Shown here one piece after another: positions 18,934 to 28,343 of a stretch of DNA of 64,000 bases. The position numbers and the translations under genes were made by a program. The stretch's first letter is position 1. Each line of letters opens with the position of its first letter. The notes beneath the pieces are model-generated. The model saw only the letters and a program-made list of their open reading frames with translations. It made no database searches and was not told where the DNA came from. The stretch is from Chitinophagales bacterium. Its GTDB lineage: Bacteria > Bacteroidota > Bacteroidia > Chitinophagales > UBA8649. The stretch lies in the NCBI GenBank assembly GCA_020635995.1, contig JACJYS010000009.1, positions 3,738 to 67,737 of the forward strand. Reading direction: 5' to 3'.

Positions 18934-19626
18934 ATGAATAAAGTAGTAAAAAATGCCGAAGAGGCAATACAGGGCATTAAAGACGGAATGACACTTATGC
19001 TTGGAGGCTTTGGCTTGTGTGGTATTCCCGAAAATACCATAAATGCCTTAGTAAAAGCAGGTGTTAAAGATTTGACTTGCATATCAAACAATGCCGGAGT
19101 AGATGATTTTGGAATTGGTTTAATGTTACAACAGCATCAAGTTAAAAAAATGATAGCCAGCTATGTAGGCGAAAATGCAGAGTTTGAAAGACAAATGCTT
19201 TCGGGAGAATTGGAAGTGGAATTAACACCACAAGGAACTTTAGCCGAAAAATGCAGAGCAGGCGGAGCCGGTATTCCTGCATTTTTTACAGCCACAGGCT
19301 ATGGTACAGAAGTGGCAGAAGGCAAAGAAACAAGAGAAATAAACGGTAAAATGTATGTGTTGGAAGCCAGTTTAACCGCAGATTTTGCTATAGTAAAAGC
19401 GTGGAAAGGCGATAAACACGGCAATTTAATTTACAAAGGCACAGCACGAAATTTTAACCCCATGATGGCAACAGCAGGAAAAATAACCATCGCAGAAGTG
19501 GAGGAACTAGTAGAACCGGGCGAATTAGCCCCTAATTTTATACATACACCCGGTATTTTTGTACAGCGTATTTTTCAAGGTGTTAATTATGAAAAAAGAA
19601 TAGAGCAAAGAACGGTTTCAAAATAA
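18934..19626 (+). CDS. scoA: 3-oxoacid CoA-transferase subunit A
   Basis: [17 protein letters not shown] and SNNAG motifs. Confidence 0.9.
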   Translation: MNKVVKNAEEAIQGIKDGMTLMLGGFGLCGIPENTINALVKAGVKDLTCISNNAGVDDFGIGLMLQQHQVKKMIASYVGENAEFERQMLSGELEVELTPQGTLAEKCRAGGAGIPAFFTATGYGTEVAEGKETREINGKMYVLEASLTADFAIVKAWKGDKHGNLIYKGTARNFNPMMATAGKITIAEVEELVEPGELAPNFIHTPGIFVQRIFQGVNYEKRIEQRTVSK

Positions 19627-19651
19627 TGAGATAATTAATTAATGTAAAAAA

Positions 19652-19753
19652 ATGGCAACAAATTATTACAAACTAAAAATACAGGTTAAAAAAATAAGTC
19701 CAAGTATTTATCGTACAATTATAGATGCAAAAAACATAAAACTTTTACCATGA
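19652..19753 (+). pseudogene. 33-codon stub resembling the N-terminus of pRiA4b ORF-3-like (IS-passenger) proteins
   Basis: MATNYYKLKIQVKKISPSIYRTIIDAKNIKLLP compares with the family pattern Y-x-hKI-x-LK-x-I-x-P-x-IWR-x-I. It is truncated after 33 aa. Confidence 0.3.
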
Positions 19754-19766
19754 TTACATAAAGTAT

Positions 19767-19840
19767 AAAAAATAATTTCACATTCCGTAATGCTCCCCAC
19801 CTGAAAAGGAGGGGGATAAATGTATGTGAAATTACTTTTT
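19767..19840. repeat. MITE-like repeat family A, copy 2 (74 bp, inverted relative to copy 1)
   Basis: AAAAAATAATTTCACAT...CCCCACCTGAAAAGGAGGGGG...ATGTGAAATTACTTTTT matches the reverse complement of 7243-7330 with an internal deletion. Confidence 0.7.
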
Positions 19841-19884
19841 AGAAACAATATAAGAGATATAATTTATAAAACAAACCAATATTT

Positions 19885-20541
19885 ATGAGTTTAACAAAAG
19901 ACCAAATAGCCCAGCGTATAGCCCAAGAACTACAAGACGGCTGGTATGTCAATTTAGGAATAGGCATTCCTACTTTAGTGGCTAATTATATACCTAAAGG
20001 AATAGAAGTAACGCTACAATCGGAAAACGGTTTGCTGGGCATGGGACCTTTCCCTACAGAAGCCCAAGTAGATGCCGATTTAATAAATGCCGGTAAGCAA
20101 ACCGTAACAATGCTACCCGGTTCCAGTTTATTTAGTTCGGCAGAAAGTTTTGCCATGATACGTGGCGGTCATGTACAGCTTACCGTTTTAGGAGCTATGG
20201 AAGTAGATCAAAATGGAGATATAGCCAGCTGGAAAATACCGGGCAAACTGGTAAAAGGCATGGGCGGAGCTATGGATTTAGTGGCAGGAGCAGAAAACAT
20301 TATTGTAGCCATGATGCACACCAATAAAGCAGGAGAATCTAAATTATTAAAAAAATGTAGTTTGCCATTAACAGGCAAAGCGTGTATAACTCGTGTAATA
20401 ACCAATTTAGGTTTATTTGAAATAAAAAACGGAAGTTTTGTATTAAAAGAGCTTGCTCCTAATGTTACGGTAGAGCAAGTAAAACAAAGTACAGAGGGAA
20501 ATTTAATTATTCCTGATGATTATAAAACAATGAAGTTTTAA
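19885..20541 (+). CDS. scoB: 3-oxoacid CoA-transferase subunit B
   Basis: YVNLGIGIPT and SENGLLGMGP motifs. Confidence 0.9.
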   Translation: MSLTKDQIAQRIAQELQDGWYVNLGIGIPTLVANYIPKGIEVTLQSENGLLGMGPFPTEAQVDADLINAGKQTVTMLPGSSLFSSAESFAMIRGGHVQLTVLGAMEVDQNGDIASWKIPGKLVKGMGGAMDLVAGAENIIVAMMHTNKAGESKLLKKCSLPLTGKACITRVITNLGLFEIKNGSFVLKELAPNVTVEQVKQSTEGNLIIPDDYKTMKF

Positions 20542-21341
20542 TGGAATTTGTTGTTTTTAACAATGAAATAATTCCTAAAGAAAAACTTAATTTTTATAGT
20601 TTAGAGCGTTTTCGTTATGCCGATGCGTGTTTTGAATCAATGTTGCTTATAAATGGCAAAATTCCTTTTTTAAAATATCATCAAGATAGACTAAATAAAA
20701 CGTGTGATTTTTTAGGTTTTCAGCAAGAAACAATTCATTTTGAACTTATTAAAAAATTAGTAGAAACACACCAAAATACTACTAAATTCTATCGGATTAG
20801 ATATAGTTTAGTTAGAGCAGAAGGTGTAAATTACTTGCCAAACGGGAATAAAATAAATGTACTAATAGAATGTATAGCATTAAACCATATTTTTAAAGAA
20901 ATAGACAATTTGGGCTTTTATAGCCAAATTAAAAAACCAATAAATTTGTATGCCCAATACAAAACAGCTAATGCCTTATTGTATGTTATGGTTAAACAGT
21001 TTGCCCTGCAAAATAATTATGATGAAGTACTTTTGTTAAATGATGAAAATAATTGGATAGAATCCAGCTCATCTAACATTTTTGCTATAATAAATAACGA
21101 CATTTATACTACAAAAGAAAATAGTGGGGCAGTGGTAGGAACAAGTCAAAAATTTATTAAAGATAACTTTAAAGTGAAAACCGCTAAAATGGATTCCATT
21201 TTTTTAAGTGAAGTAAATGAATTATTTTTGACAAATGGAGTTCAAATTATACAGCCGGTAAAAAAGCTAAATAACAGAAAACTTCATACCTCAAAAACTC
21301 AAGAAATAATTGATAAAGTAAAAGAAATAATAGAGTTTTGA
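20541..21341 (+). CDS. Class IV aminotransferase / aminodeoxychorismate lyase-like protein
   Basis: Size, an N-terminal FRYADACFE motif and a fold-type IV pattern. The start overlaps the scoB stop (TAATG). Confidence 0.6.
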   Translation: MEFVVFNNEIIPKEKLNFYSLERFRYADACFESMLLINGKIPFLKYHQDRLNKTCDFLGFQQETIHFELIKKLVETHQNTTKFYRIRYSLVRAEGVNYLPNGNKINVLIECIALNHIFKEIDNLGFYSQIKKPINLYAQYKTANALLYVMVKQFALQNNYDEVLLLNDENNWIESSSSNIFAIINNDIYTTKENSGAVVGTSQKFIKDNFKVKTAKMDSIFLSEVNELFLTNGVQIIQPVKKLNNRKLHTSKTQEIIDKVKEIIEF

Positions 21342-21844
21342 AAATAACATACTTAACATTGATGATACTTTTTGCATTTTCGTGCAACCATAGTAAACAA
21401 TCAAGTTCTTCTGAAACAAAAGAAGAAATTACACCTCAAAATAACAATGCTTGGACCAGGCAAGATTATCGTCCTACAAAAGATTTGCAGTTGCCATCGG
21501 CTTATCAAACCTATTTGTTAGATGCTGAAATATTTCAAAAAATGCTGGACAAAGGAGCAGTTGAATTGCCAACAGAAAATGGCATGGCAAGTTTTAGCGT
21601 AGCGGAAAGCAATACGATGTCTGATGAAATGAGAAAGAAATTTCCAAACTTAAATTCATACAAAGGCGTAGATGTAAATAATAAACTGTGCCAATGTACT
21701 ATAGATAAAAAAGATACAAACTACAGCATAACTATATTTTGCAATGATAAAACCCTTTATGTAAAAGATTTATTTAGAAACGAAATTTATTTTGTATATA
21801 ATAAAAAAGATGTTCCTCCTGGCGTAGGAACAGTAAATGAATAA
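21338..21844 (+). CDS. Lipoprotein paralogous to the N-terminal pro-region of the downstream M12B protease
   Basis: TTG start gives MKITYLTLMILFAFSC (lipobox). Residues about 75-150 align by eye with residues about 70-140 of the 903-aa ORF (LP..NG...ES..M....KFP...LY). Confidence 0.55.
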   Translation: MKITYLTLMILFAFSCNHSKQSSSSETKEEITPQNNNAWTRQDYRPTKDLQLPSAYQTYLLDAEIFQKMLDKGAVELPTENGMASFSVAESNTMSDEMRKKFPNLNSYKGVDVNNKLCQCTIDKKDTNYSITIFCNDKTLYVKDLFRNEIYFVYNKKDVPPGVGTVNE

Positions 21845-21846
21845 CA

Positions 21847-24558
21847 ATGAAAAAATTTATTACCACATTATTTAGCTTCATGTTAATTTTTGCTTATTCG
21901 CAAGAATATTGGCAAAAAACTTCTTCATTCCGAAATAGTGAAAATGCTCAAATAAAGGCAAGAAACGCTCAAAATTTAAACTTAGATGTTAATGCTTTTA
22001 CGCAAGAAATGTTTACTGCTCCACAGTATAATGGCAGTACTTTAAGTAGTGTAATAGTCGATATTCCGTTGCCTAACGGCAATTTTGAAAAATATATGGT
22101 TTATGAATCCTTAGTAATGGAGCAAGGTTTAGCCGATAAATTTCCACAAATAAAAACTTTTATAGTTCAAAGTATTGAAAACCAATTAAATACAGGTAGA
22201 GTAGATATAACACCTAAAGGATTTCATGCTTTAATTTATACACAAAACGGAACATTATATATAGATCCTGCTTTTGCCAATGATAACACTAAGTATATTG
22301 CTTACTATAAAAAATATTTTTATACTACAAAAGAAAAACCAACTTGTGCATTTGAAAATAGTGAAGCTATAGGAATAGAAGACGGAGTTTTAGAACATAA
22401 TGAACCTACAGAACTTTCATCTTTTAAAAGTATTAAAACAACCAATGGAACTCAGCTAAGAACTTATAGAATTGCCGTTTCTGCCACTGGCGAATACACT
22501 CAATATCAAGGTGGTACAGTAGCTGACGGATTATCGGCAGTAGTTACATCAATAAATAGAGTAAATACTGTTTACGAAAGAGATTTTTCTGTTCATCTTA
22601 ATTTAATAAGCAATAACGATTTAATTATTTACACAAATGCGGCTACAGACCCGTTTACAAATCCTACAGACCCAAGTCAAAATTTAGATGACAATGAAAC
22701 GTCATTAACCGCTACTATAGGAAATGCAAACTACGATATAGGACACGTAGTGGGCAGAAGTGGGAGTGGATTAGCCAGTTTTGGTGTAGTTTGTAATGAT
22801 GGTAGCTGGTGGAGCCACAAAGCACACGGCACTACAGGCGTGCCAAATCCGGTAGGCGATCCGTTTGATATTGATTATTTGGCACATGAAATAGGACATC
22901 AGTTTGGTGGTAGCCATACTTTTAATGGCGAAACTGGTTCTTGCGGTGGTGGAAATAGATCACAAAATTCTGCTTATGAGCCGGGTAGCGGCACAACTAT
23001 AATGGCTTATGCGGGTATTTGTGGTTCAGATAACACCCAGTTTAATAGTGATGATTATTTTCATGCCCGTAGTTTATCTCAAATTGTTAATTATACCACA
23101 CAAGGCAATGGCAATGACTGCCCTGTTAAAACCAGTACAAATAACAGTATTCCGCAAGTGCAGTCATTAACACCTACAGGCTTAAATATTCCCATTTCTA
23201 CACCTTTTGAGTTAGAAGCTTTAGCTACAGATAACGATGGAGATATAGTAACTTACTGCTGGGAAGAGTACGATTTGGGTACGGCAGGTTCGCCTAATAG
23301 TCCAAGTGGTAATGCTCCGCTTTTTAGAAGTTTTTCGCCTACAGAAAATCCCGTAAGAACTTTCCCTCAACTGAGCGATATATTAAACAATACACAAACT
23401 ATAGGAGAAATTTTGCCAAGTTACCAAAGAAGCATGAATTTTAGAGTAACAGCAAGAGATAATAAACTAAATCATGGAGCTATTAATGACGATAATATTT
23501 CGGTAAATGTGGTTTCTACAGCAGGACCTTTTAGCGTTACTTCGCAAAATACGTCTGGTATTTCTCTTTTTGGAGGAGATAGAATGAATATAACTTGGGA
23601 TGTGGCTAATACTACAGCTTCGCCTATTTCTTGCAATACAGTAGATATTTATTTATCAATAGATGGAGGGCAAACATTTAGCATACAACTGGCAGATGAT
23701 GTAGCCAATAATGGTTTATATAATGCTTTAATTCCTCAAGTGGTTACTACAGATGCCAGAGTAAAAGTAAAAGCCGGCAATAATATATTTTTTGACATTA
23801 ATAATACAGATTTTGAAATTCAAGCCGATTGTGCTTTAGTAGATGCTTCTATTAATTTTGATAATAATTTGCAAAATGCTTTTTGGTGCGAAGGTGCAAC
23901 GGGAAAGCTTTCGTTTAGTGCAAGTTCTGATTTAGCTGTAAATTCCTATCAATGGTATAAAGATGGCGTAGCTATTTCGGGAGCTACATCGGCAGTATAT
24001 ACTAAAACAAATGTTCAAATTTCCGATTTTGGAAATTATTATTGCGAAGTTTCTAACGGTTGCGAAACAGCTTTTACAGCTACAGCCAATGTGCAAGTAA
24101 CCAGCAATCCTATTGTGCCCATAATTACAGAAAATGGAGGTGTGCTACAGTCTTCTGTGCCTTATGGTGTTCAGTGGTATTTTAATGGAAATGCAATAGC
24201 CGGAGCAACTGGCGAATTTTATACACCAACGCAAGCAGGAACATACACCGTTAAAAGTAATGCAGGAAACTGTTCCGCTTCATCGGCATCTTTTACTACA
24301 GGTATAAACGATTTAAGTGCAGTAGCTCAAATTTCTATTTATCCAAACCCGAGCAAAGGAATTTATAGTGTTTCTATAGGAAACTGGGATAAAGAATTAA
24401 GCTACGAAATAGTGGATATTTTAGGTAAAACCATTTTAAATGGCACAGAAAACAATAGTAATTTCAATCTTAATTTAGAAAGCTACACAACAGGCATTTA
24501 TTTGCTAAAATTAAGAAGCGATAAATATCAAAGCACCTATAAATTAGTGAAAGAGTAG
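21847..24558 (+). CDS. Reprolysin-like (M12B) zinc metalloprotease with an Ig-like domain and a T9SS C-terminal sorting domain
   Basis: HEIGHQFGGSH zinc site, signal peptide, and the C-terminal IYPNPSKGIYSV...YLLKL...KLVKE type-A sorting domain. Confidence 0.85.
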   Translation: MKKFITTLFSFMLIFAYSQEYWQKTSSFRNSENAQIKARNAQNLNLDVNAFTQEMFTAPQYNGSTLSSVIVDIPLPNGNFEKYMVYESLVMEQGLADKFPQIKTFIVQSIENQLNTGRVDITPKGFHALIYTQNGTLYIDPAFANDNTKYIAYYKKYFYTTKEKPTCAFENSEAIGIEDGVLEHNEPTELSSFKSIKTTNGTQLRTYRIAVSATGEYTQYQGGTVADGLSAVVTSINRVNTVYERDFSVHLNLISNNDLIIYTNAATDPFTNPTDPSQNLDDNETSLTATIGNANYDIGHVVGRSGSGLASFGVVCNDGSWWSHKAHGTTGVPNPVGDPFDIDYLAHEIGHQFGGSHTFNGETGSCGGGNRSQNSAYEPGSGTTIMAYAGICGSDNTQFNSDDYFHARSLSQIVNYTTQGNGNDCPVKTSTNNSIPQVQSLTPTGLNIPISTPFELEALATDNDGDIVTYCWEEYDLGTAGSPNSPSGNAPLFRSFSPTENPVRTFPQLSDILNNTQTIGEILPSYQRSMNFRVTARDNKLNHGAINDDNISVNVVSTAGPFSVTSQNTSGISLFGGDRMNITWDVANTTASPISCNTVDIYLSIDGGQTFSIQLADDVANNGLYNALIPQVVTTDARVKVKAGNNIFFDINNTDFEIQADCALVDASINFDNNLQNAFWCEGATGKLSFSASSDLAVNSYQWYKDGVAISGATSAVYTKTNVQISDFGNYYCEVSNGCETAFTATANVQVTSNPIVPIITENGGVLQSSVPYGVQWYFNGNAIAGATGEFYTPTQAGTYTVKSNAGNCSASSASFTTGINDLSAVAQISIYPNPSKGIYSVSIGNWDKELSYEIVDILGKTILNGTENNSNFNLNLESYTTGIYLLKLRSDKYQSTYKLVKE

Positions 24559-24602
24559 GTGATAGGAATAAACAGTTTTATAATGAAATTGTAAATAAAA
24601 AA

Positions 24603-25163
24603 ATGGCAAAGCAAAAAGTAGAAACTGTTAGAGAACTAATATATCTTTCGTATGCAAATTTGGCGATGGCACATTCAGCTGTGAATAAAAAGCAAACTAA
24701 ATATGGAACATTAAATTACATGATAAGAGCAAAGTTGTTTAAGGGACTGAAAGAGGGTACAATGAATATGAGAACCATATTTGATGATGAAAAAGTTAAA
24801 CTTCAAACAGGGAAAGTTTGTAATTATTGTGGGTCGGAAGATAATTTGGCTTTAGATCATATATTTCCTAAAAAGTATGGAGGTAGTGATAATGCTGAAA
24901 ATCTAATTTTTGCATGTAGGTCTTGTAATAGTTCAAAAGGTAAAAAAGATTTGATGGAGTGGATGAATTTTAAAGAGCGTTTTTTACCTTTAATGATAAT
25001 AAGAAGATACTTAAAGTTAACTTTTAACTATTGTGATACTCATAATTTATTGGATAGTAAAATTGAACACTTAAAAACTTTGGAGTTGCCATTTAAAATT
25101 GAATTTTTACCTATATATTTTCCTAAGCCAGATGAATTAATATTGAATATTACTGAAGAATAA
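24603..25163 (+). CDS. HNH endonuclease-domain protein
   Basis: CNYCGS...LALDHIFPKKYGGSDNAENLIFACRSCNSSKG is a canonical CCCC/HNH motif. Confidence 0.8.
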   Translation: MAKQKVETVRELIYLSYANLAMAHSAVNKKQTKYGTLNYMIRAKLFKGLKEGTMNMRTIFDDEKVKLQTGKVCNYCGSEDNLALDHIFPKKYGGSDNAENLIFACRSCNSSKGKKDLMEWMNFKERFLPLMIIRRYLKLTFNYCDTHNLLDSKIEHLKTLELPFKIEFLPIYFPKPDELILNITEE

Positions 25164-25236
25164 AATGTATAAAATTGCAACTTGGAATCACTTTATTGAG
25201 GAAGGCATTTATATTGAATTTGGAATATGAATTTTC

Positions 25237-25270
25237 TGGTTAAATAAATATTTTTAACCATTTCTTTTTT
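25237..25270 (+). terminator. Rho-independent terminator after the HNH gene
   Basis: TGGTTAAA (25237-25244), 8-nt loop, TTTAACCA (25253-25260), followed by TTTCTTTTTT. Confidence 0.6.
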
Positions 25271-25317
25271 CGTAAAATATTAAAAAGTGCGTAACTTGGA
25301 GTTTTAATTAAATTCCA

Positions 25318-27006
25318 ATGAAAAACCATACGCCATACACCAATTTTGTTCAAAAAGCACCACAGCTTACTAATGAATATGCAGAAGATGAATTTCTAAA
25401 AGATTATTTAACGGCTTATTTGCCCGAAGATGTTTTACAAAAAATAGAACCGGATTTAGAACGATTTGGCAAGCGGGTGGCTAAAGAATTATTAGAATAT
25501 GCTAATGCCTGCGAAAATAATCCGCCAAAACTGTTAAGTTACAATGCGTGGGGCGAAAGAGTAGATGAAATACAAGTAGCCCCCGAGTGGGAAAAATTAG
25601 AAGCCGTGGCTGCCGAAGAAGGATTAATAGCCATAGCATACGAAAGAGCATTCGGAGAGTATTCGCGTTTGTACCAGTTTACAAAATTGTACTTATATAC
25701 ACCCTCATCGGCTATATATACCTGCCCTTTGGCTATGACAGACGGAGCCACACGCTTAATAGAACTTTATGGCGATGAGTTCTTGAAAGACAAACCTTAC
25801 AAAGGCTTAACATCACGAAATCCCGAAACGTTTTTAACCAGTGGACAATGGATGACAGAAAGAACAGGCGGTTCCGATGTTTCAAGGTCTATGACATTTG
25901 CTTATAATGAAAATGGCGAATTTGTGCTAAGAGGACATAAGTGGTTTACCTCTGCCATTACAGCCGATATGGCATTTACCTTAGCATCTACAGAGCAACC
26001 CGTAGATGGAAAGCGTGCACCATTATCGTTGTTTTATTTGCCTATAAGAAATGAAGACGGTTCATTAAACGGCATAGAAGTAGAAGCCTTAAAAGATAAA
26101 TTGGGCACAAAGGCCTTGCCTACGGCACAGCTGCATTTAACGGGTGCTAAAGCACGCTTAGTAGGAGAGAAGGGCAAGGGAGTAAGAACCATAGCTACGC
26201 TGTTTAACGTAACAAGAATTTACAATACCATTTCGGCAGTTTCGTATATGCGAAGAGCTTATTCTTTATCAAAAGCCTATGGAAAAATAAGATTTGCTTT
26301 TGGCAAAAATGTAGAGCAACATATTTTATACAAAAAAAGCCTGTTAGAACTTGAAATGGCTTATGAAAGTTGTACTTTATTAGCACTTTTCTTGGCGCGC
26401 TTATTAGGTAAAGAAGATTGCAAAACAGCTACCGAAACAGAAGAAAATTTATTGAGAATATTAACACCCATAGCCAAATTATATACCGCTAAGCAAAGTA
26501 TAGCATCGGCATCTGAGCATATAGAAATGTTTGGCGGATTGGGCTATTTAGAAGACAGCAATATACCTGTAATGTTACGAAACGCACAAGTGTTGAGTAT
26601 ATGGGAGGGCACTACTAATGTATTATCGTTAGATATGCTTAGAGCCATAAAAAAAGAGCATGGTTTAGAGGCATTTCAAGCATTTGCTAAAGATATGTTA
26701 GAATCAATTACGGCAACAGAATTGTTGGAAGCCAAAAAAGTAGTGAGTGAAAAACTTAAAGTGTTATTAAAATTTGTAAGCAATATTACTTCTCCGGCTG
26801 TAATGGAAGCCTGCTCAAGAGATGTAGCATTTTATATAGGCGATTTAACAATAGCCTTACTTTGGTTAGATTTTATTCAAAAATCGCCTAAAGAAAAGTA
26901 TTACAAAGTGCTAAACTATTGGTTGAAATATAAGATGAATGAAAGCTCATTAGACGCTTTCCAGTTTATAATGAGCAGTAAGGAGGAAACGGTATTAAAC
27001 TCATAA
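25318..27006 (+). CDS. Acyl-CoA dehydrogenase family protein (AidB-like, long form)
   Basis: 562 aa, with MTERTGGSDVS, WFTSA and IWEGTTNV motifs. Confidence 0.85.
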   Translation: MKNHTPYTNFVQKAPQLTNEYAEDEFLKDYLTAYLPEDVLQKIEPDLERFGKRVAKELLEYANACENNPPKLLSYNAWGERVDEIQVAPEWEKLEAVAAEEGLIAIAYERAFGEYSRLYQFTKLYLYTPSSAIYTCPLAMTDGATRLIELYGDEFLKDKPYKGLTSRNPETFLTSGQWMTERTGGSDVSRSMTFAYNENGEFVLRGHKWFTSAITADMAFTLASTEQPVDGKRAPLSLFYLPIRNEDGSLNGIEVEALKDKLGTKALPTAQLHLTGAKARLVGEKGKGVRTIATLFNVTRIYNTISAVSYMRRAYSLSKAYGKIRFAFGKNVEQHILYKKSLLELEMAYESCTLLALFLARLLGKEDCKTATETEENLLRILTPIAKLYTAKQSIASASEHIEMFGGLGYLEDSNIPVMLRNAQVLSIWEGTTNVLSLDMLRAIKKEHGLEAFQAFAKDMLESITATELLEAKKVVSEKLKVLLKFVSNITSPAVMEACSRDVAFYIGDLTIALLWLDFIQKSPKEKYYKVLNYWLKYKMNESSLDAFQFIMSSKEETVLNS

Positions 27007-27293
27007 ATCAAATGTAAGCATTTTTTTGATGTTTTTGCAATAGAAACCTACTAACCGATATTGAGATACCTGCCTTCGCAAGTATGACGTGTTTTTGATA
27101 TTATTAGGCAAATCAACATTGGAATACTTGCCTTTTATTTTGTCTGTTTACATCTGTCTGACAATAAGATAGAGGTATGGCATACTTATTTAGACTTACT
27201 AAACGTTCCTCAAATCGTCATCCTGCGAAAGCAGGAATCCCAAATTTATAAAACGATTCACGTGCTGTCGCAAGCTACCTTCCGACATTCCAT

Positions 27294-27412
27294 TTTCCCG
27301 TGGTCGTCATTTTTACCGATTTCCACTTTTTACTAAACTCATTAACCAAATGTAAGCATTTTTTTATATTTTGTGAAATACTCGTGCCACGACTTGGAGT
27401 CGTGGCACGAGT
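27294..27412. repeat. R repeat, copy R1 (119 bp), ending in a perfect 15-bp-arm palindrome with loop TGG
   Basis: TTTTCCCGTGGTCG...AACCAAATGTAAGCATTTTTTT...ACTCGTGCCACGAC-TTGGA-GTCGTGGCACGAGT. A direct repeat lies at 28344-28455. Confidence 0.8.
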
Positions 27413-27589
27413 GCTCAGTAAATACTTTCCTAAAGACATCATAGAACTTGGCCAATCTATCTACTAACTCAAAATCAACGGACAATGGAGTATCTCTGAA
27501 ATTATTTAAAAAAAAACTGAAACTATCTTCAAATCTATAGGCATAGACTACCTAAATTTTCAAAGTTAGGGTTTATTTATTGTGCGTAC

Positions 27590-28333
27590 CTAATCTGTAT
27601 GAGACAGCCATTCCATCATTTTATCTAATACAGCTTGATAATTTGTATCTAACATAACGTCATGTGCAGTGTTAGGAATAAGTGCAAAATCTGCATTGTA
27701 ATAAGCTGCCGTTTTTCTTTCTTCTTTTACATGGAAAATTACATCATTTTCTGCTGCAATTATAAGCATAGGAATTTTTGTGTGGTAATTGATTTTAATG
27801 TTTGGAAAAAGCATATTTAAGAAAGCCTTAAACGATTCGCTACATAACTTTTGACTATACTCTAATCGCTTTTCTAATGGAATTTGCTTTGAAAAAAATG
27901 CCCAACTTGCTTTAGGTTCTGTATTTACTAATTTATATAAATTAAAACTTAAAAGAGCGGGGTAGCTATACAATTTTTTAGTAAAAAAACGAAGTGTGGT
28001 GTTAATCACTCCGTAATAAGGAACCGGAGTCAGTAAAATAACTTTTTTGCAAGGGTGTTTTTCTAAATATTTTTGTACAATAAGTCCGCCCATTGAGTGA
28101 GCAATAATAATGGCTTTGTTATTAAACGGTATCATTATTTCTTCTAATTGTTCAACATAATTGGCAATAGAAAGAGCATTAATTCCTTTGGTATCGCCTG
28201 GCTTGTCGTGTTTTAGTATATTGTATGTGTAGCAATTAAATCCCTGTTTTTTAAAAAACGGGATAAAAAATGCTTCCCAGCACCACGCTCCGTGCCAAGC
28301 ACCATGAACAAATACGATTGTTTCTTTCGGCAT
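27590..28333 (-). CDS. Alpha/beta-hydrolase fold protein
   Basis: VFVHGAWHGAW and the nucleophile elbow AHSMGG. 247 aa. Confidence 0.8.
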   Translation of the reverse strand: MPKETIVFVHGAWHGAWCWEAFFIPFFKKQGFNCYTYNILKHDKPGDTKGINALSIANYVEQLEEIMIPFNNKAIIIAHSMGGLIVQKYLEKHPCKKVILLTPVPYYGVINTTLRFFTKKLYSYPALLSFNLYKLVNTEPKASWAFFSKQIPLEKRLEYSQKLCSESFKAFLNMLFPNIKINYHTKIPMLIIAAENDVIFHVKEERKTAAYYNADFALIPNTAHDVMLDTNYQAVLDKMMEWLSHTD

Positions 28334-28343
28334 AGATAGTTGT

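Noticed and set aside
24603-25163. The HNH protein as part of a Septu-like, Cas9-like or restriction system.
   Set aside because: No partner ATPase, methyltransferase, CRISPR repeats or other defence genes are adjacent. The flanking genes are housekeeping.
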